A stretch of DNA of 64,000 bases, taken from positions 118,794,001 through 118,858,000 of the forward strand of contig CM059431.1 in assembly GCA_030390025.1 (NCBI GenBank), read 5' to 3'. The stretch comes from Squalus acanthias (Eukaryota). The first letter of the stretch is position 1; every line of letters begins with the position of its first letter. The notes beneath the pieces are model-generated. The model was not told the origin of the DNA. It worked only from the letters and a program-made list of their open reading frames with translations, and made no database searches. Made by a program: the position numbers and the translations under genes. Below, piece by piece: positions 50,659-63,550 of the stretch.

Positions 50659-53600
50659 TTACATAGGATTACATAGTATATACAGCACAGAAACAAGCCA
50701 TTCAGCCCAACCAGTCCAAACTGGCATTTATGCTCCACTCGAGCCTCCTCCCATCTTTCCTCAGCTAACTTTATCAGGATAACCCTCTATTCTTTTCTCC
50801 CTCATATGCTTATCTAGCCTCCCCTTAAATGCAACTATACTATTCGCTTCAACCACTTCCCATGGTAGCAAGATCTACATTCTCACCACTCTCTGGGTAA
50901 AGAGGTTTCTTTTGAATTCCCTTTTTGATGTCTTGGTGACTATCTTATATTGATGGCCTCTAGTTTTGATCTTCCCCACAATTGGAAACACTCTCTGGGC
51001 TGGATTTAGTGAATGGAGACGAGTTGGAGGCAGGACTGCTGCTTGTCGAGTCAATGTCCCGCCTCCATCCTCGCCTGACCAACCAGAGGGATTTTCCCCT
51101 GATTGAGCTTGTTAAGCCCGCCCTGCAGGCTCAGCAGGCCAATTAGAGAGGAAGTCACTGACAGAGCACGTCAACGTCAGACGCGCTATCTGTTCAGACT
51201 TCTTGAAAGAAGAAATGTCAGCATTTGACAGCTATGTGAAGCTGTCAAACATTGACATTCTCTGTAGTTTGATGAGGCCTTGTGTTCAGGACTCATCAAA
51301 CCTTTCAAATGTGTTGATTTCACATGGCTGTTGGTTCGGAGGATCCAACAGTCAGTCTGTGAAATTGACAAGGAGGATGTCGGGTCTTCCGATCCAGCAC
51401 TGCTGAAGGCTGTAAGAAGAAAACAAGGTAAGTGAACATTTTTTTAAACTTATCACTCACCTTACATATTTACCACTCCACACTTGCACCCATCACTCAC
51501 CTCTACATCTTACTTCCAGGTATCTCCGACCGCCGCAGACCTCCTTCACGTTTCCTCCAACCCGGCGGGATTCTCCGAGGTCAGGAAGCTTTCACCTGTG
51601 AAGGTAAAATGGCACTAATCCTTTTTTCTGCCTGTTAACTACCTGTTAACAGGCAGTTAAAAGGATTAAATGCCTTTCCCGCCTCCAGGAGATGGGACCC
51701 GAAGCAACACATCTTCCCGCCTCCTGGCAAAAGGACACGGAGGCGGGATGGGGGGGCGGCTTTGCCAGCCGCCCCCACTTTCTCCTAATTTACCGGCTGT
51801 CCTGCCTCCATGCTCGCCTCCTCGGGGCTTGGAAAATCCAGCCCTCCGTGTCTACTCTATCAAAACCTTTCATACTTTTAAAGACCTCTATTAGGTCACC
51901 CCTCAACCTTCTCTTTTCAAGAGAAAAGAGACCCAGCCTGCTCATCCTTTGCTGACAGGTATAACCTCGCATTTCTGGTATCATCCTTGTAAATTTTGTT
52001 TGCACCCTCTCCAGTGCCTCTATATCCTTTTATAATATGGTGACCAGAACTGTACACAGTACTCCAAGTGTGGTCTAACCAAGGTTCGATACAAGTTCAG
52101 CATAACTTCTCTACTTTTCAATTCTATCCCTCTGGAAATAAACCCTAGTGCTTGGTTTGCTTTTTTTATGGCCTTATTGACCTGCGTCACTACTTTTAGT
52201 GATTTGTGTATTCGTACTCTGAGGTCCCTTTGCTTTCTACCCTATTTAGATTCTTATTTTCCAAGTAATATGTGACCTCCCTATTTTTCTTATCAAAATG
52301 TAATACCTCACATTTATCTGTGTTGAAATTCATTTGCCAATTATATGCCCATTCTGCAAGTTTATTAATGTCTTCCTGTAATTTGTTGCAGTCCTCCTCA
52401 GTATTGTTTATCCCCACACACCCCCAATTTGGTGTCATCTGCAAATTTAGAAATTGTGTTTTTGATTCCAAAGTCTAAATTGTTAATATAAATTGTGAAT
52501 AACAGTGGTCCCAGCATTGATCGTTGTGGGACACCACTTCCCACCTTCTGCCACTCTGAATAGCTGCCCTTTACCCCTACTCTCTGCTTTCTGTCTTGAA
52601 ACCAGCGAGCTATCCATTCTGCTACTCGTCATCTGACTCCACATTCTCTGATCTTATTCATTATTCTATAATGGGGTACCTTATCGAAGGCCTTTTGAAA
52701 ATCTAGATAAACTACATCATCTGCATCACCCTTGTCTACTCTCTCTCTCTTTTACCTCTTCAAAAAATTCAATGTGGTTGGTCAAGCAAGACTTTCCCTT
52801 TTGAAATCCATGCTGACTATTCATTATTATATTTTTGGTTTCTAGATGTTCTTCTATTTTCTCCTTTAGCACGGATTCCATTATTTTTCCTACCACCGAT
52901 GTTAAGCTGACTGGTCTATAGTTCCCTGGACATGTTCTAGCTCCCTTCTTAAATGTAGTTATTACGTTAGCTATCAGCCAGTCCTCTGGCAGTATGCCTT
53001 TTTCTAACAAATTATTAAATATGTGTAGTAGTGCCTCTGCTATCTCTTCCCTAGATTTTTTTAAAATGTGCTGATATGATCCACCCAGAAAGGGGGTTTT
53101 ATCCTCTTTGAGTTTGATTGGTTTATTTATTATTTCTCCTCTTTTTATTTTAAATTTAGTTATCTCATTTCTAATCTCATCATCTGATGTCATGTCCACC
53201 TGATCTGTCTCCCTAGTAAATACTGAAGTAAAGTAATTATTTAATATTTCTGCCATTTCGCTATCGCTGCCTGTGATTTTATCCTGTCCATCCCTTAGTG
53301 GCCCTATTCCCATCCTAACTTACCTTTTTTTATTTATGTGCCTATAAAATATTTTACTATTTTGTTTTATGTTCCTTGATAATTTAATTTCATAATTCCT
53401 CTTTGTCTTCCTAATTATTTTTTTGATTTCTCTCCTAATCTTTTCATATTCTCCCTTGCCATGCTCTCCCCTGCTGTCCTGTCCTTAATGTATGCCTCTT
53501 TCATTACCCTCAATTTTTCCCTTCTGTCTTTGTTCATCCATGGTGTCTCATTAATGTTTATCTTGTTCTTGATTTTTAGCAGAGACTGTTGAACACCATT

Positions 53601-54950
53601 TTAAATGTTTCCCATTGCTGTTCTACATCATTGTTTGCCAATATTGTTGTCTATTTTGTTTTCCCAAGTTCTATTCTCACCCCCTCAAAATTGACTTTTC
53701 TCCAATCTATTAACCTGGTCTTCGTTATATTTATGTCCTTCTCAATTATTATCTTAAAGCGTATTATGGTCACTATTGCCTAGATGTTCCCCTACTTTTA
53801 CTTCTCTTATCTGCTCTGGTTCATTCCCCATCACCAGATCTGGCAGTGAATCTTCCTTTGTCGGGCTTCTTAAATATTGGGTTAGAAAGGAGTCCTGTAC
53901 ACATTGTAGGAACTCCATTCCCTTATCCCCTTTACCTACTTCTTCTGGCCAATTAATTTTGGGATATTTGAAATCCCCCATGATTATTATTCTATGTTTT
54001 TTACTCTTTTCCCTAATTTGTTTGCATATTTCTTCCTCCACCTCCCTTTCACTATTAAATGGTCTGTAAATTACCGCTATTAGTGTGATTGATCCTTGAG
54101 TATCTTTTATCTCTAGCCACATGGATTCTATTTCTGTCTTACTGATAGCTGCATCACTTTTTCTACTGCCATTATATTATCTCAAATAAGTACAGCTACT
54201 CCACCTCCTCTTTTACCCTCTCTATCTTTTCTAAATATGTTATACGCTGCAATGTTTAATTCCCAGTCCTGATTATTCTGTAGCCATGTTTCAGTACTAG
54301 CTACTATATCTGGTTCCTCACAATGTATTATTGCCACCAGTTCCCCTATTTTATTATGGACACTGTATGCATTGCTGGACAGACAGTTTAACTCATTTTA
54401 ATTGCAGTTCCTCTCACTTTATTTTTTAACCATCTCTTTACACTCCTGTTCTATAACTCTATTTATTCCCTGGCCATCTATGTCCTCCCTTAGTTTAGTC
54501 TTTCCTATGCTTTCCTTTCCTGTTTCATTTATATTTAGGCTAGTTTCATTTCTTGTCGATCCCTCCCTCCATATTACTAGTTTGAAACCTTTGCCACCTC
54601 CCTATTTACCCTTTCCGCTAGGACACGGGTCCTATTCTGGTTCAGGAGGAGCCCGTCCCATCGGTACAGCTCCTTCCTGTCCCAGCACTTGTGCCAGAGT
54701 CCTATGAAAAGGAATCCCTCCTTCCCACACCAGCCCTTTAGCCATGTGTTACTTCTCCTGATCTGACTGTTTCTATGCCAATTTGCACATGGCTCGGGCA
54801 ATAATCCAGAGATTATTACCCTCGAGGTCCTACTTTTTAATAATCCCTCAGCAGGACCTCCTCCCTGTTCCTACCTAAGTCATTTGTTCCGATGTGGATC
54901 ACAACAACTGGATTTTCCCCCTCTCTTTCCAAATTCCTTTCCAGCTACCA
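50659..54950 (-). mobile_element. Long CR1 subfamily B copy: ORF1 esterase C-terminus, APE endonuclease and RT (pseudogenised)
   Basis: ORF1 VIHIGTND..WLKGWCGKEGF..LYRWDGLLLN (SGNH-like). APE TETWL, GGGVA, YRP, MGDF, SDHN. RT NYRPVSLTSVVGK, QHGFQKGKSC. Confidence 0.92.
50997..51844. mobile_element. Harbinger-type MITE inside CR1-B
   Basis: TIRs GGGCTGGATTT ... AAAATCCAGCCC; flanks TCT/TCC. Related to 8425-9255. Confidence 0.88.
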
Positions 54951-57384
54951 TGAGATCATGGCTGATCTATACCTCAACCTCATTTACCTACCTTTGCTCC
55001 ATATGCCTTGAAATTTCCAATTGACCCAGAATCCACCGCCTTTTGGGGCGAGGGTTCCAGCTCTCCACTACCTTTAACGTGAAGGAGTGCTTCCTGATTT
55101 CACTCCTAAATGGCCTGGCTCTAATTTTAAGATTATGCCACCTTGTTCTTCACTCCCCCACCAGAGGAAGTAGTTTCTCTTTATCAACCCTATCAAATCC
55201 TTTATCCTTTTAAACACCTGAAGTGAGTTGTTGAAGTAAAATTTCTGTGTAATGCATTTGATGTTGTTGTTCATGTTGGTAGTCAATTGAGGTGTAGGAG
55301 CAAAAAGGTGCAAAGTGATTTTACACTTTAATTTGGGGAATTGCCTTTTTATCTGCACATGATTTAATTTTATTTCAAACTTAATGGTCTCTTTTTCCTA
55401 AAAAAAACTTCAGACACAATACAATGCTTTGTAAAGAAATCAATAATTTATTATTAATATACTATAAAATTTACATTAGAATCTAAACAAAATCTTGGGT
55501 TTATCCACAAATTAAAATTGCCTTAACAATACTTTCTGAATTTTCAAAATGCATAACCTATTAGAAATCAAATGTCTATCTTAGACTAACCCCATAATGA
55601 ACATTATATACTCATGGTTGGCTCACACTTTTCAGGAAGATTCGAAGTATTTGGATGGATAACGTTGTAGTGTAGCATGACTTTCTCTTGTAGCCAGGTT
55701 ACCTGCTTCACAGGCAATCTTTAAACCTGCATAGGCATGAAGCTGTGAGGTAGCAAGCAGTCAGGAAGATACCAGGTGAGGTGGCACCACAGAAATCTAA
55801 AGGTGAGGTTGGAGCAGTTGCAGTGGAATTATGTCTCTTTTTCACTCAGAAAAGTCTAGCTTTTTAAAAGCACTTTTTAACCTAGAACTACACCTCTGGG
55901 GTGGTCGCTTGTCAACAATAGGTTCCTACAAATACAACCCACGATTTATTGGCATACTTGTTTTCTCTCCATAACTTATGCAGATGTTCCATACAACCTC
56001 CAGCTGGTCATGGGAAAATAGGACTGGACTCGCTCTTGTTGCTATGGTGATCTATCCTCTGCAGTGTGGTCTTTTACAATGTGTCCTTTTAAGATTTGTT
56101 TTTCTTCAGACAGACTGGAGCCAATTTAGTATCATGCTTTTGTTTCATACAAATTTTCACTACAGAGGGCAAGACACTGAAGGAAGGCAATTGCATGGTG
56201 GTAGTAAGGACAGTGGTGATAAGGGTTGTGGGACTGCTGATATATGAGATGGGAAGGATGGTTCACATGGAGCACCAGCACAAAGTTGATCCCTGAAGTC
56301 AGAATTTACTTGTGGAAGGTAGAAATAGCCAATAAAAGGTCTTGAAATTAACCAATAGCTTAAGAGGACAAACCAGCAAACAAAGCTGTATAGAGGGGAG
56401 GAGCCCTTTAAATAGTGCTCCTACAGATTCCTTGCTAACTGTTAGCACCATGAGTTGTTCGGTATTGTACTTTAATGCAGTTTTCCTGGACAGTTTTTGA
56501 ATGTTAATGTAATGATTAATGAAAAAATGCAGTGACTGTATCAATATTCAATTAGTATTGCATCGGTATTCTTTTGGTGCAGGCTTCCTTCATTTATAAT
56601 GGAATATGCTTTCTTTGTTTTTCCAGTGTTAGTACATGTGTCCCAATTTTCCCTTTGATCTTATGATCAGTACTGTTCTAACTCAGTTAAGATTGTACAG
56701 TGTTAGGAACATACGGTCGTAAGACAGAATTTCAATAACGTTGGCTGAATAAAAAAAAACACAATGCACCATATCAGCTGAACGTGAAAGAAATAATAAC
56801 AAGTTTATTTGAAACAGTTTTAGTTAGTACAGGAACATAACAGACTTCACACTGAGAAGTAGCTGTTCATGACTATAAACTGGCAGCAAATTCAGGAAAT
56901 GAAGTTGGAACTTGCCGTGTTCCAGTCAGAAGAACCCAAGAATTGTGTAAGGCCATTAGTGAGTTTCGATTTGATAAATTTTAACCTCACATATCTGCCT
57001 ATTCACCATATTCCTCAATTCCCTCTCTCCATATAATTTCCTTTATGTTGTCTGCTTTAATGGCTTTCCCTGGTAACACTTTGCACTAGTCTATTATCTT
57101 TGTGTAAAAAAAATGGATCCTGACTTCCCTTCTAATTCTTTCATTTTTTTAAAAACTTGTGTACAATATCCCGCGGTAAGTTCAGCATGTCTATGTCTAT
57201 CAGTGGCTTTTTAACTCAGTCACCTCATTATCATTTTATTTCCATGCTTCCCGTACAATCAGCGACACTGGGCACGATGTAGACCCGCGTGACGGGCTCT
57301 CAACTCCAGTATTTAAAGGGACAATCCAAAGATGCAAGTTGGATGAGTTGGAGTTGGCAGGAAGAGAAGAGGAAGTCTGACAAC

Positions 57385-59190
57385 GAAGTCGAGATGGGCA
57401 AAGGCTGCGCCCTGCTTCACTGAGGCCTCCCTTGATGTGTTGCTGTGGGTTGTGAGGAGTAGGAGAGAGATACTATTCCCTATCAATGGAAGGAAGACGC
57501 CTGCAACTGAAACCAAGAATGCATAGTTGGAGGTGGCAGAGGAGGTCAACAGCAGGAGCATTATGCCATTCTCATGGATTCAGTGTAGGAAGCAGTTGAA
57601 CAACCTAAGCAGGTCAGGAAAGGTGAGTACAGTGGCACATTCACCTACATCCTGCTGTGTGCATCACTCCCACCCCTCACTCTGCCTTCTCAAGCCTACT
57701 CCATCACATCACTCCTCACACCCACTTACCTTGCAGGTGCACCCATTCTTCTCTGTCTATGCACTTCCTTATATCCCCATCTGTCCATCCACCACTCCCA
57801 CTCACCCTCATCCTTACGCAATTTCATGCCTCTCCCTGATAGTCACCCTCAACAAATGCACTCCATCCATCGGCTGAACATATGCCATATGCCATTACAT
57901 AGGTCTGTTCTTTACCTCGTTGCAGGAGAAGACAGCACAGAGCACCAGGGAGAGGGGGACCCACAGATTTCCCATTTGACAAGTGCAGAGGAGGAGGCAC
58001 TGGAAATGAGTCGAGTTTCGGCATCCCTGGCGGACGGAGATGGGGAGATGGGGAGCTCCCAGCTACCTGCTGACGCAATTAAGTAAAAGCCACCCACATG
58101 TCATACGGCACTTAGTCATGTTGACTTGGTTTCAACAACAAGTGAAATATAATCATCTTCACAATGATAACTTGCAACATGTTCTTACTTTGCCGGGACT
58201 AATTCATGTCTTTTATCTCCAACAAGGACTTCACGTGTGCAGCAGAAGTCAATGGAGGTGGCCGACGACGATTCCTCAGAGGAGCTGATACTTCTGAGGT
58301 TGCACCATCACAGGACTCATGCAGACCATGCACCAGCTCAGATACTCACACTTTGATGGGGCCAGTAAGGCAGATAGTTGGGTTTTCACCTGGTGACTCA
58401 CACTTTACAAGTGAGCAAGAGCAGATGGTGGTGACAAGGACAACAGTGGAGAGTCCGCGTTGGAGAGCGCAGCCCTCTCCAAGCTCTGCTCAGGTGGACA
58501 CAGATGCTGTACCCCGGGGGCTGTTGAGAATCATTGAGCAGCAGCAGATAATGTGTGTTGCAGTGACAGGCCTTCAAAGTAGACTCACTACGATGGCAGA
58601 GAGAATGAAGAAGCCCGCCTCAAGCATGAGTGGGTTGATGTCGCAGGGCAAAGACATGATGTGTTCTTCCATGGATAGAGTGGCCAGCGCTGTGGAACAT
58701 CAAACATTCCAATCCAATGAGTCCATGCATGCTTTGAACACTGTCGTGGAGACTTTAGATGCCAACATGTCTGCCACCTTGAATATTTTGACATCTACCT
58801 TAGCTTTGGCCTTACAGGCCACACTGATCTGCACCAAAGTGTTCTCCAGCACAGTGGTAGCAGTGAAGTGCAGCTGGGCCATGAGAGGAATGATGGCGAA
58901 AGGGGACATGGAAGTGGGGGGGCTCCACTTAAAGCGCTTCCACTTCTCACCCACTGCCACCCTCTCAGTCAGTAACCCACATGCTGATTCGTCTCTCAAT
59001 GCCCGAGTCTGTCCCTGCACAGGTGCAGATGGAGCAGATTTGGTGGAACCCTCAGGGACTCTAAAACCCAGAGGACGTGGCCAAGAGCATCTCAGCAGTC
59101 AGAGCAGGGATCTGACCAGCCTGCCTCGACCTCTGCTGAAGCCAAACAGGTTGCACCACGTAAGAGTAGCAGGAAAAGGAAGACTAAGGC
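57385..59190 (+). pseudogene. Harbinger Myb/SANT-like gene, three exons
   Basis: Exon 1 AAPCFTEASLDVLLWVVRSRREILFP..A*LEVAEEVNS..WIQCRKQLNNLSRSGK|GTGAGT (57622). Acceptor TTGCAG (57925). Last exon from about 58227, overlapping the 376-aa ORF. Confidence 0.85.
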
Positions 59191-59236
59191 TTTGTAGTTG
59201 CACAAGGGTATGCACATGGGTGTCTTTGAAAATATT

Positions 59237-59970
59237 GGCCCAGAAATTGATCTCGCTCTGTTCCCGCGGGGGTAAGGCTTCCCCGCGATCTCTCACTCCG
59301 CGTGTGCTTTTTCAGATCCAGCTCGCACGAACTTGATGTTCCAGACATCAGCTGGGCAGTGCTTGCGTATCCCACCGGCGTAGTGAATTCGTGCGAGCTG
59401 TGGGATCACGTGACTCAGTTAGAGCCAATGGCAGCACACCATCTTCCATTCATAAGTTTCACTTACGTGCTGTGAAATCTATGAATCTTACACCCCCCCA
59501 AAATAACAGCTAAACCTCAATTAAATTTTTTTTAAAAACCATCACATTAATAAAATAAGTATAGTTAAATAAATTAACCATTTTAAATAAAAAATTAAAT
59601 TTTTGAAAAAATTTAAAATCTTTTAAAAAGTTATAAAAATAAACTTACCTGTCCTTAAAGTCTCTAAAAAAGATATACCTGTTAAAAAAAATTCAATAAA
59701 ATACTTAATTCACTACTTACCTTGTTAAAAGTGGGTCTTACTCCTCCTTTTTCCATTTCTAAAATCTTCCGTCCTTACCTGCGCGTCCAAAGCACGAAGT
59801 GCACAGCGTGCGCGCAGCCTGCAGCGCGCACGCGATGCACCGAGGAACCGCCCCCTTTTCAAAAGACCAAGTGCCGGTTTTCAGCGCATGCGCAGGGCAT
59901 GCAGAAAACCGGCAATTGGAGAGAGAATACGCAGTGCGTACTCTCGCGCAGCAGGATGAATTTTTGGCCC
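59237..59970. mobile_element. Harbinger-type MITE nested in Harbinger copy 2
   Basis: TIRs GGCCCAGAAATT ... AATTTTTGGCCC; TSD ATT; AT-rich core. Confidence 0.88.
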
Positions 59971-60269
59971 ATTGTGTTCATAAGTTTCTGCTGTTTATTT
60001 AGCTCACATAACTGTTATTCTTTTTCACCCCTTTCCCGTCTTGTCTATTCATGGGTGCTGGGTTATAAGTGGTCTATTAACTTGTTTGATGATAAATGGG
60101 AAGACATGAATTTATGGGGACCATTGGGAGATGTTCAAGGATTGGTTGCTTGCAGGACAGCTTTGTGTAAATGGAATTGGCGAGGGGTGGGGGGTGGGGG
60201 TGCGGGTGGTGGTGTGCTGAGAAGAGTGGCTGTTGCATTTCCTTGTGACATGAGTCCACTGGTGCAACA

Positions 60270-61477
60270 TAAGTGAACCTTGCATTAAGAAGGGCATCCC
60301 TAGGATCCCGGGCAACCTTGTGAGCAGCTGGGGGGTGCGTTGCTCTCACCACCCTCCTCTTCCTCCTTCTCCTCCTCCCCCTCCGAATCATCTGAGGAGG
60401 ATTTGAGCTCTTCGCCTTGTTCCTCCTGCAGGTCCAAGCCTCGCTGCTGCGCAATGTTGTGCAGAGCGCAGCAAACCACGACCATTCTGGAGACCCTTGC
60501 TGGTGCGTACTGAAGAGTGCCTCCAGATCTGTCTAGGCACCTGAAGCGCATCTTCAGCATGCCGATGGCCAGTTTCATCACACATCTGTTGGTGATATGG
60601 CATTCATTATAGCGCCGTTGGCCTTCAGTGGTCGGGTTTCTGATGGGTGCCATGAGCCAAGTTTGAAGTGGTTATCCCTTGTCACCTAGCAGCCACCCCA
60701 TAAGTCTGCTTGCAGGTCCAAAGGCATCAGGGAACTTGGACTGCCGCAGGACAAACTCATCATGGCAGCTGCTCGGGAATCTTGTGCACACCTGTATAAA
60801 GACCTTTTTGTGGTTGCACACTAGCTGCACATTGATGGAATGGAAGCTCTTGTGGTACTCCTGGTTGTTCTAAGAGTGCCTGGATTGCCACGTGTGTGCA
60901 GTCGATGATGCCCTGTGCCTGTGGGAAGCCAGCCAGAGTTCCAAACCCGAGCGCTCAGTCATTTTGACTGGCCTCATCACAGGTAAAGTTGACATAATTG
61001 CTGGCCCTGGAAAACAAGCTATCTGTCACCTGTATTATGCATTAGTGGGCTGCCGACTGGGAGATCCTGGATATGCCTGCGGCTGAGCCCTGGAAGGTCT
61101 AGAGGCAAAAAAGTTGAAGGCAGTGGTGACTTTGACAGCCACTGGTAATGCATGGCCACCAGGTCCAGCAGGGAGCAGATCTTCTTCCAGGAGGCTGCAG
61201 ATGTCTGCCACCACCTGATGCGATAACTGAGCCTCCTGAGACACTGGTGTTCAGACATGTCAAACAAACTCAGCCTCTGCCTGCACACCCTGTTTTGCAG
61301 ATAGTGCCTCCGACAAGCTGCACCTCTCTACTGGTCCCCTCTTTGCTGGTCCTCTCTCTGGTGCTGCCCTCTCTGGTGTGCAGCTACGAATCTGTGACCA
61401 ATCAGCTGCTGGTGCTGTTGCTGGTCATGTTGCTCCTCATCTGAGGTCCAATCTAAGGCAGCATGAGTGACACCCAT
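60270..61477 (-). pseudogene. HARBI1-like DDE transposase pseudogene
   Basis: [79 protein letters not shown] and an acidic tail. Confidence 0.92.
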
Positions 61478-63162
61478 CCTGATGTGATAGAACAAACCGC
61501 CAAAGTGTAGATCAAACCTCCAAAGTGTTGAAGAAACCTCCACAGCGTAGAAAGTCCATTCTCAGCAAATGTACTGTGAACAAACCCTTTCCCACTAGCA
61601 GGTATGAAAGCAGCAATGATTACTGAGTATTTATTGCCATCTTTCCCTGAGATTGATTGACCCCTTCAATTGCCGCTGTGAGTTTCACTGGTGAGTTTCA
61701 GGGAGCCCGGGAAACCCATGGACCCGATGTTAAACTCAAAAGTCTATGTAAATATTGCACTAACTGAGTGATTAACATATGTTAAATGCCAACCAGGCAC
61801 ACTGCCAATTTCCCCGGTTTTGAAACACCCCCCCCCCCCAGCCCCCACCAACCGCAACCAAACCCACACAGCTCCACCATGTTAAAATTCACCCCTATGT
61901 ATTTGAATCCTTCACACAGTGAACAATTTGCCTAATTTGGCAAATCTCCTCAATAACCCTGAAAACTTCAATATGATTCTATGGTTTACACTGCAGAGCG
62001 CTGCAGGACTCTTGGGACACAGGTGAAACAATGGACCTCAGCAACAAATTCCGAGAGCCTCAGCATGATTTTTCCCACATTATGAAATTGCCAACCTAGT
62101 GCTAGTTAGTACAACATTTGAGGGCACCTCTGTGCTGTGATCTGCAATCTAGAGGGGCCTGGATTGTATTCAGCTTCAAATAGGTTTCATTCCTAATACT
62201 CAATTGTATGATTAATGTCTTTAATAACAAAATCAATTTGATAATGGCAAAAGATCAGGGAAAAAATGATCATTTTAACTTAATCCACCTAACGGGAAAA
62301 TGACGGGATTGGATCAGCCGCCTGTTTTATCCCCTCCTCCACCCCAACCTGATTTTACTTTCCATGGACGGTAAAATCAGGCAACCGATCTGATTCTGTC
62401 GGTCTGCTGCCAGGTGGATTAAGTTAAGATCACCCCCAAAATTATAGCTGAATAACGCTTTCGCCTTTTAGGCACAAAAATGATTTCACATGGCAAAAAT
62501 TCAATCTGCTGAGCTGAGGTGACCTTACCTCTTTTCCGTTTAATAGCTCACGAATATTTCAGATGTTTAGCAAGCTATTTGCTGAGCCAAACGCTAGAAG
62601 GTTCTCTGAAAAAAAAGACTGTCAGTACTAAAACTAAGAGCTATAAATATTTTAAAGTTATTTAGTCAGTAATAATGCATTGCGCATACGCTCGTAAAAT
62701 TAAACATGTTTTGCTCCTAAACAAAGTATTGTTTTATCAGTATCTAGTTTGTGCAGCTTGTAATACCTTCTAAGCAGAATGCATGCCTATAAGTCGGTAA
62801 CATTAATATCTGTCACCATATCTCATTTTTATCAATAAAATTTAGCCGGGATTAATGCCTGCATTGAAATAGTGGACAAAGGCATTGCATACAAATATGT
62901 TAAGTGCTCATATGCTTTTCTTCGCACAGCATAATTTCAAAGCTTTAGTCGTACTCTATTTGGTGATAGGCTGACCTCATCTCTTCACAAGGACGAAAGT
63001 TTGACTGGATCTCCTGATCCTCTTAATTGTGTCTTTGTGGAAAAACTCTGAATACATTAATGGTATTGCAGCCTATGGTCTACTTCAGATGGTAGGAAGC
63101 GAGATTGGCACTGTCCTTTACTATAATGGCACCTGGAAACCATCTTTGGTAAGAGGGTAAAA

Positions 63163-63550
63163 GAAAGAAATATATGCATTTATGTAGCGCCTTTCACAAC
63201 TTCAGGATGTACCAAAGCACTTTAGAGGCATTTTTGAAATGCAGTCACCATTGTAATGTTGGAAATGCGGCAGCCAATTTGCACGCAGCAAAGTCCCTCA
63301 ACCAGCAATGAGATAATTAACCAGATCATCTGTTTTAGGTGTTGGTTGAGGAATAAATATTGTCCAGGCCACCGGAGAGAACTCCCCTGCTCTTCTTCAA
63401 ATAGTGACATGGGATCTCTTATGTCTGCCTGAGAGGTTAAACATCTCATCTATTAACTGGATTTCATAGTTAAGTCCCTGGAGTGGGAACAGAACCCACA
63501 AACCGTCTGACTCAGAGGTGAGAGTGCTACCAATTAAGCCACAGCTAACA
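63163..63550 (-). mobile_element. Deu-domain SINE with an internal deletion
   Basis: Reverse complement matches the head, core and tail of 49283-49750. Confidence 0.8.

Larger units (their letters stand above)
50604..55218 (-). mobile_element. Short CR1 (A-type) 3' fragment split by a CR1-B insertion
   Basis: CCACCATTCAA (ends 50658) resumes as TGAGATCATGGCTGATCT (54951), matching contiguous CCATTCAATAAGATCATGGCTGATCT in intact tails. Confidence 0.8.
57165..61895. mobile_element. Two-gene PIF/Harbinger transposon (copy 2); left TIR not found
   Basis: Myb gene on +, transposase on -, right end AAAATTCACCCC. Confidence 0.8.

Noticed and set aside
58206..59336. Longest ORF (376 aa) as a novel host gene
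   Set aside because: It is the last exon of the Harbinger Myb gene running into a MITE; exon 1 has a premature TAG.
63005..63148. Open 48-codon stretch ending at GTAAGA
   Set aside because: No in-frame acceptor or suitable start, and no recognisable homology.
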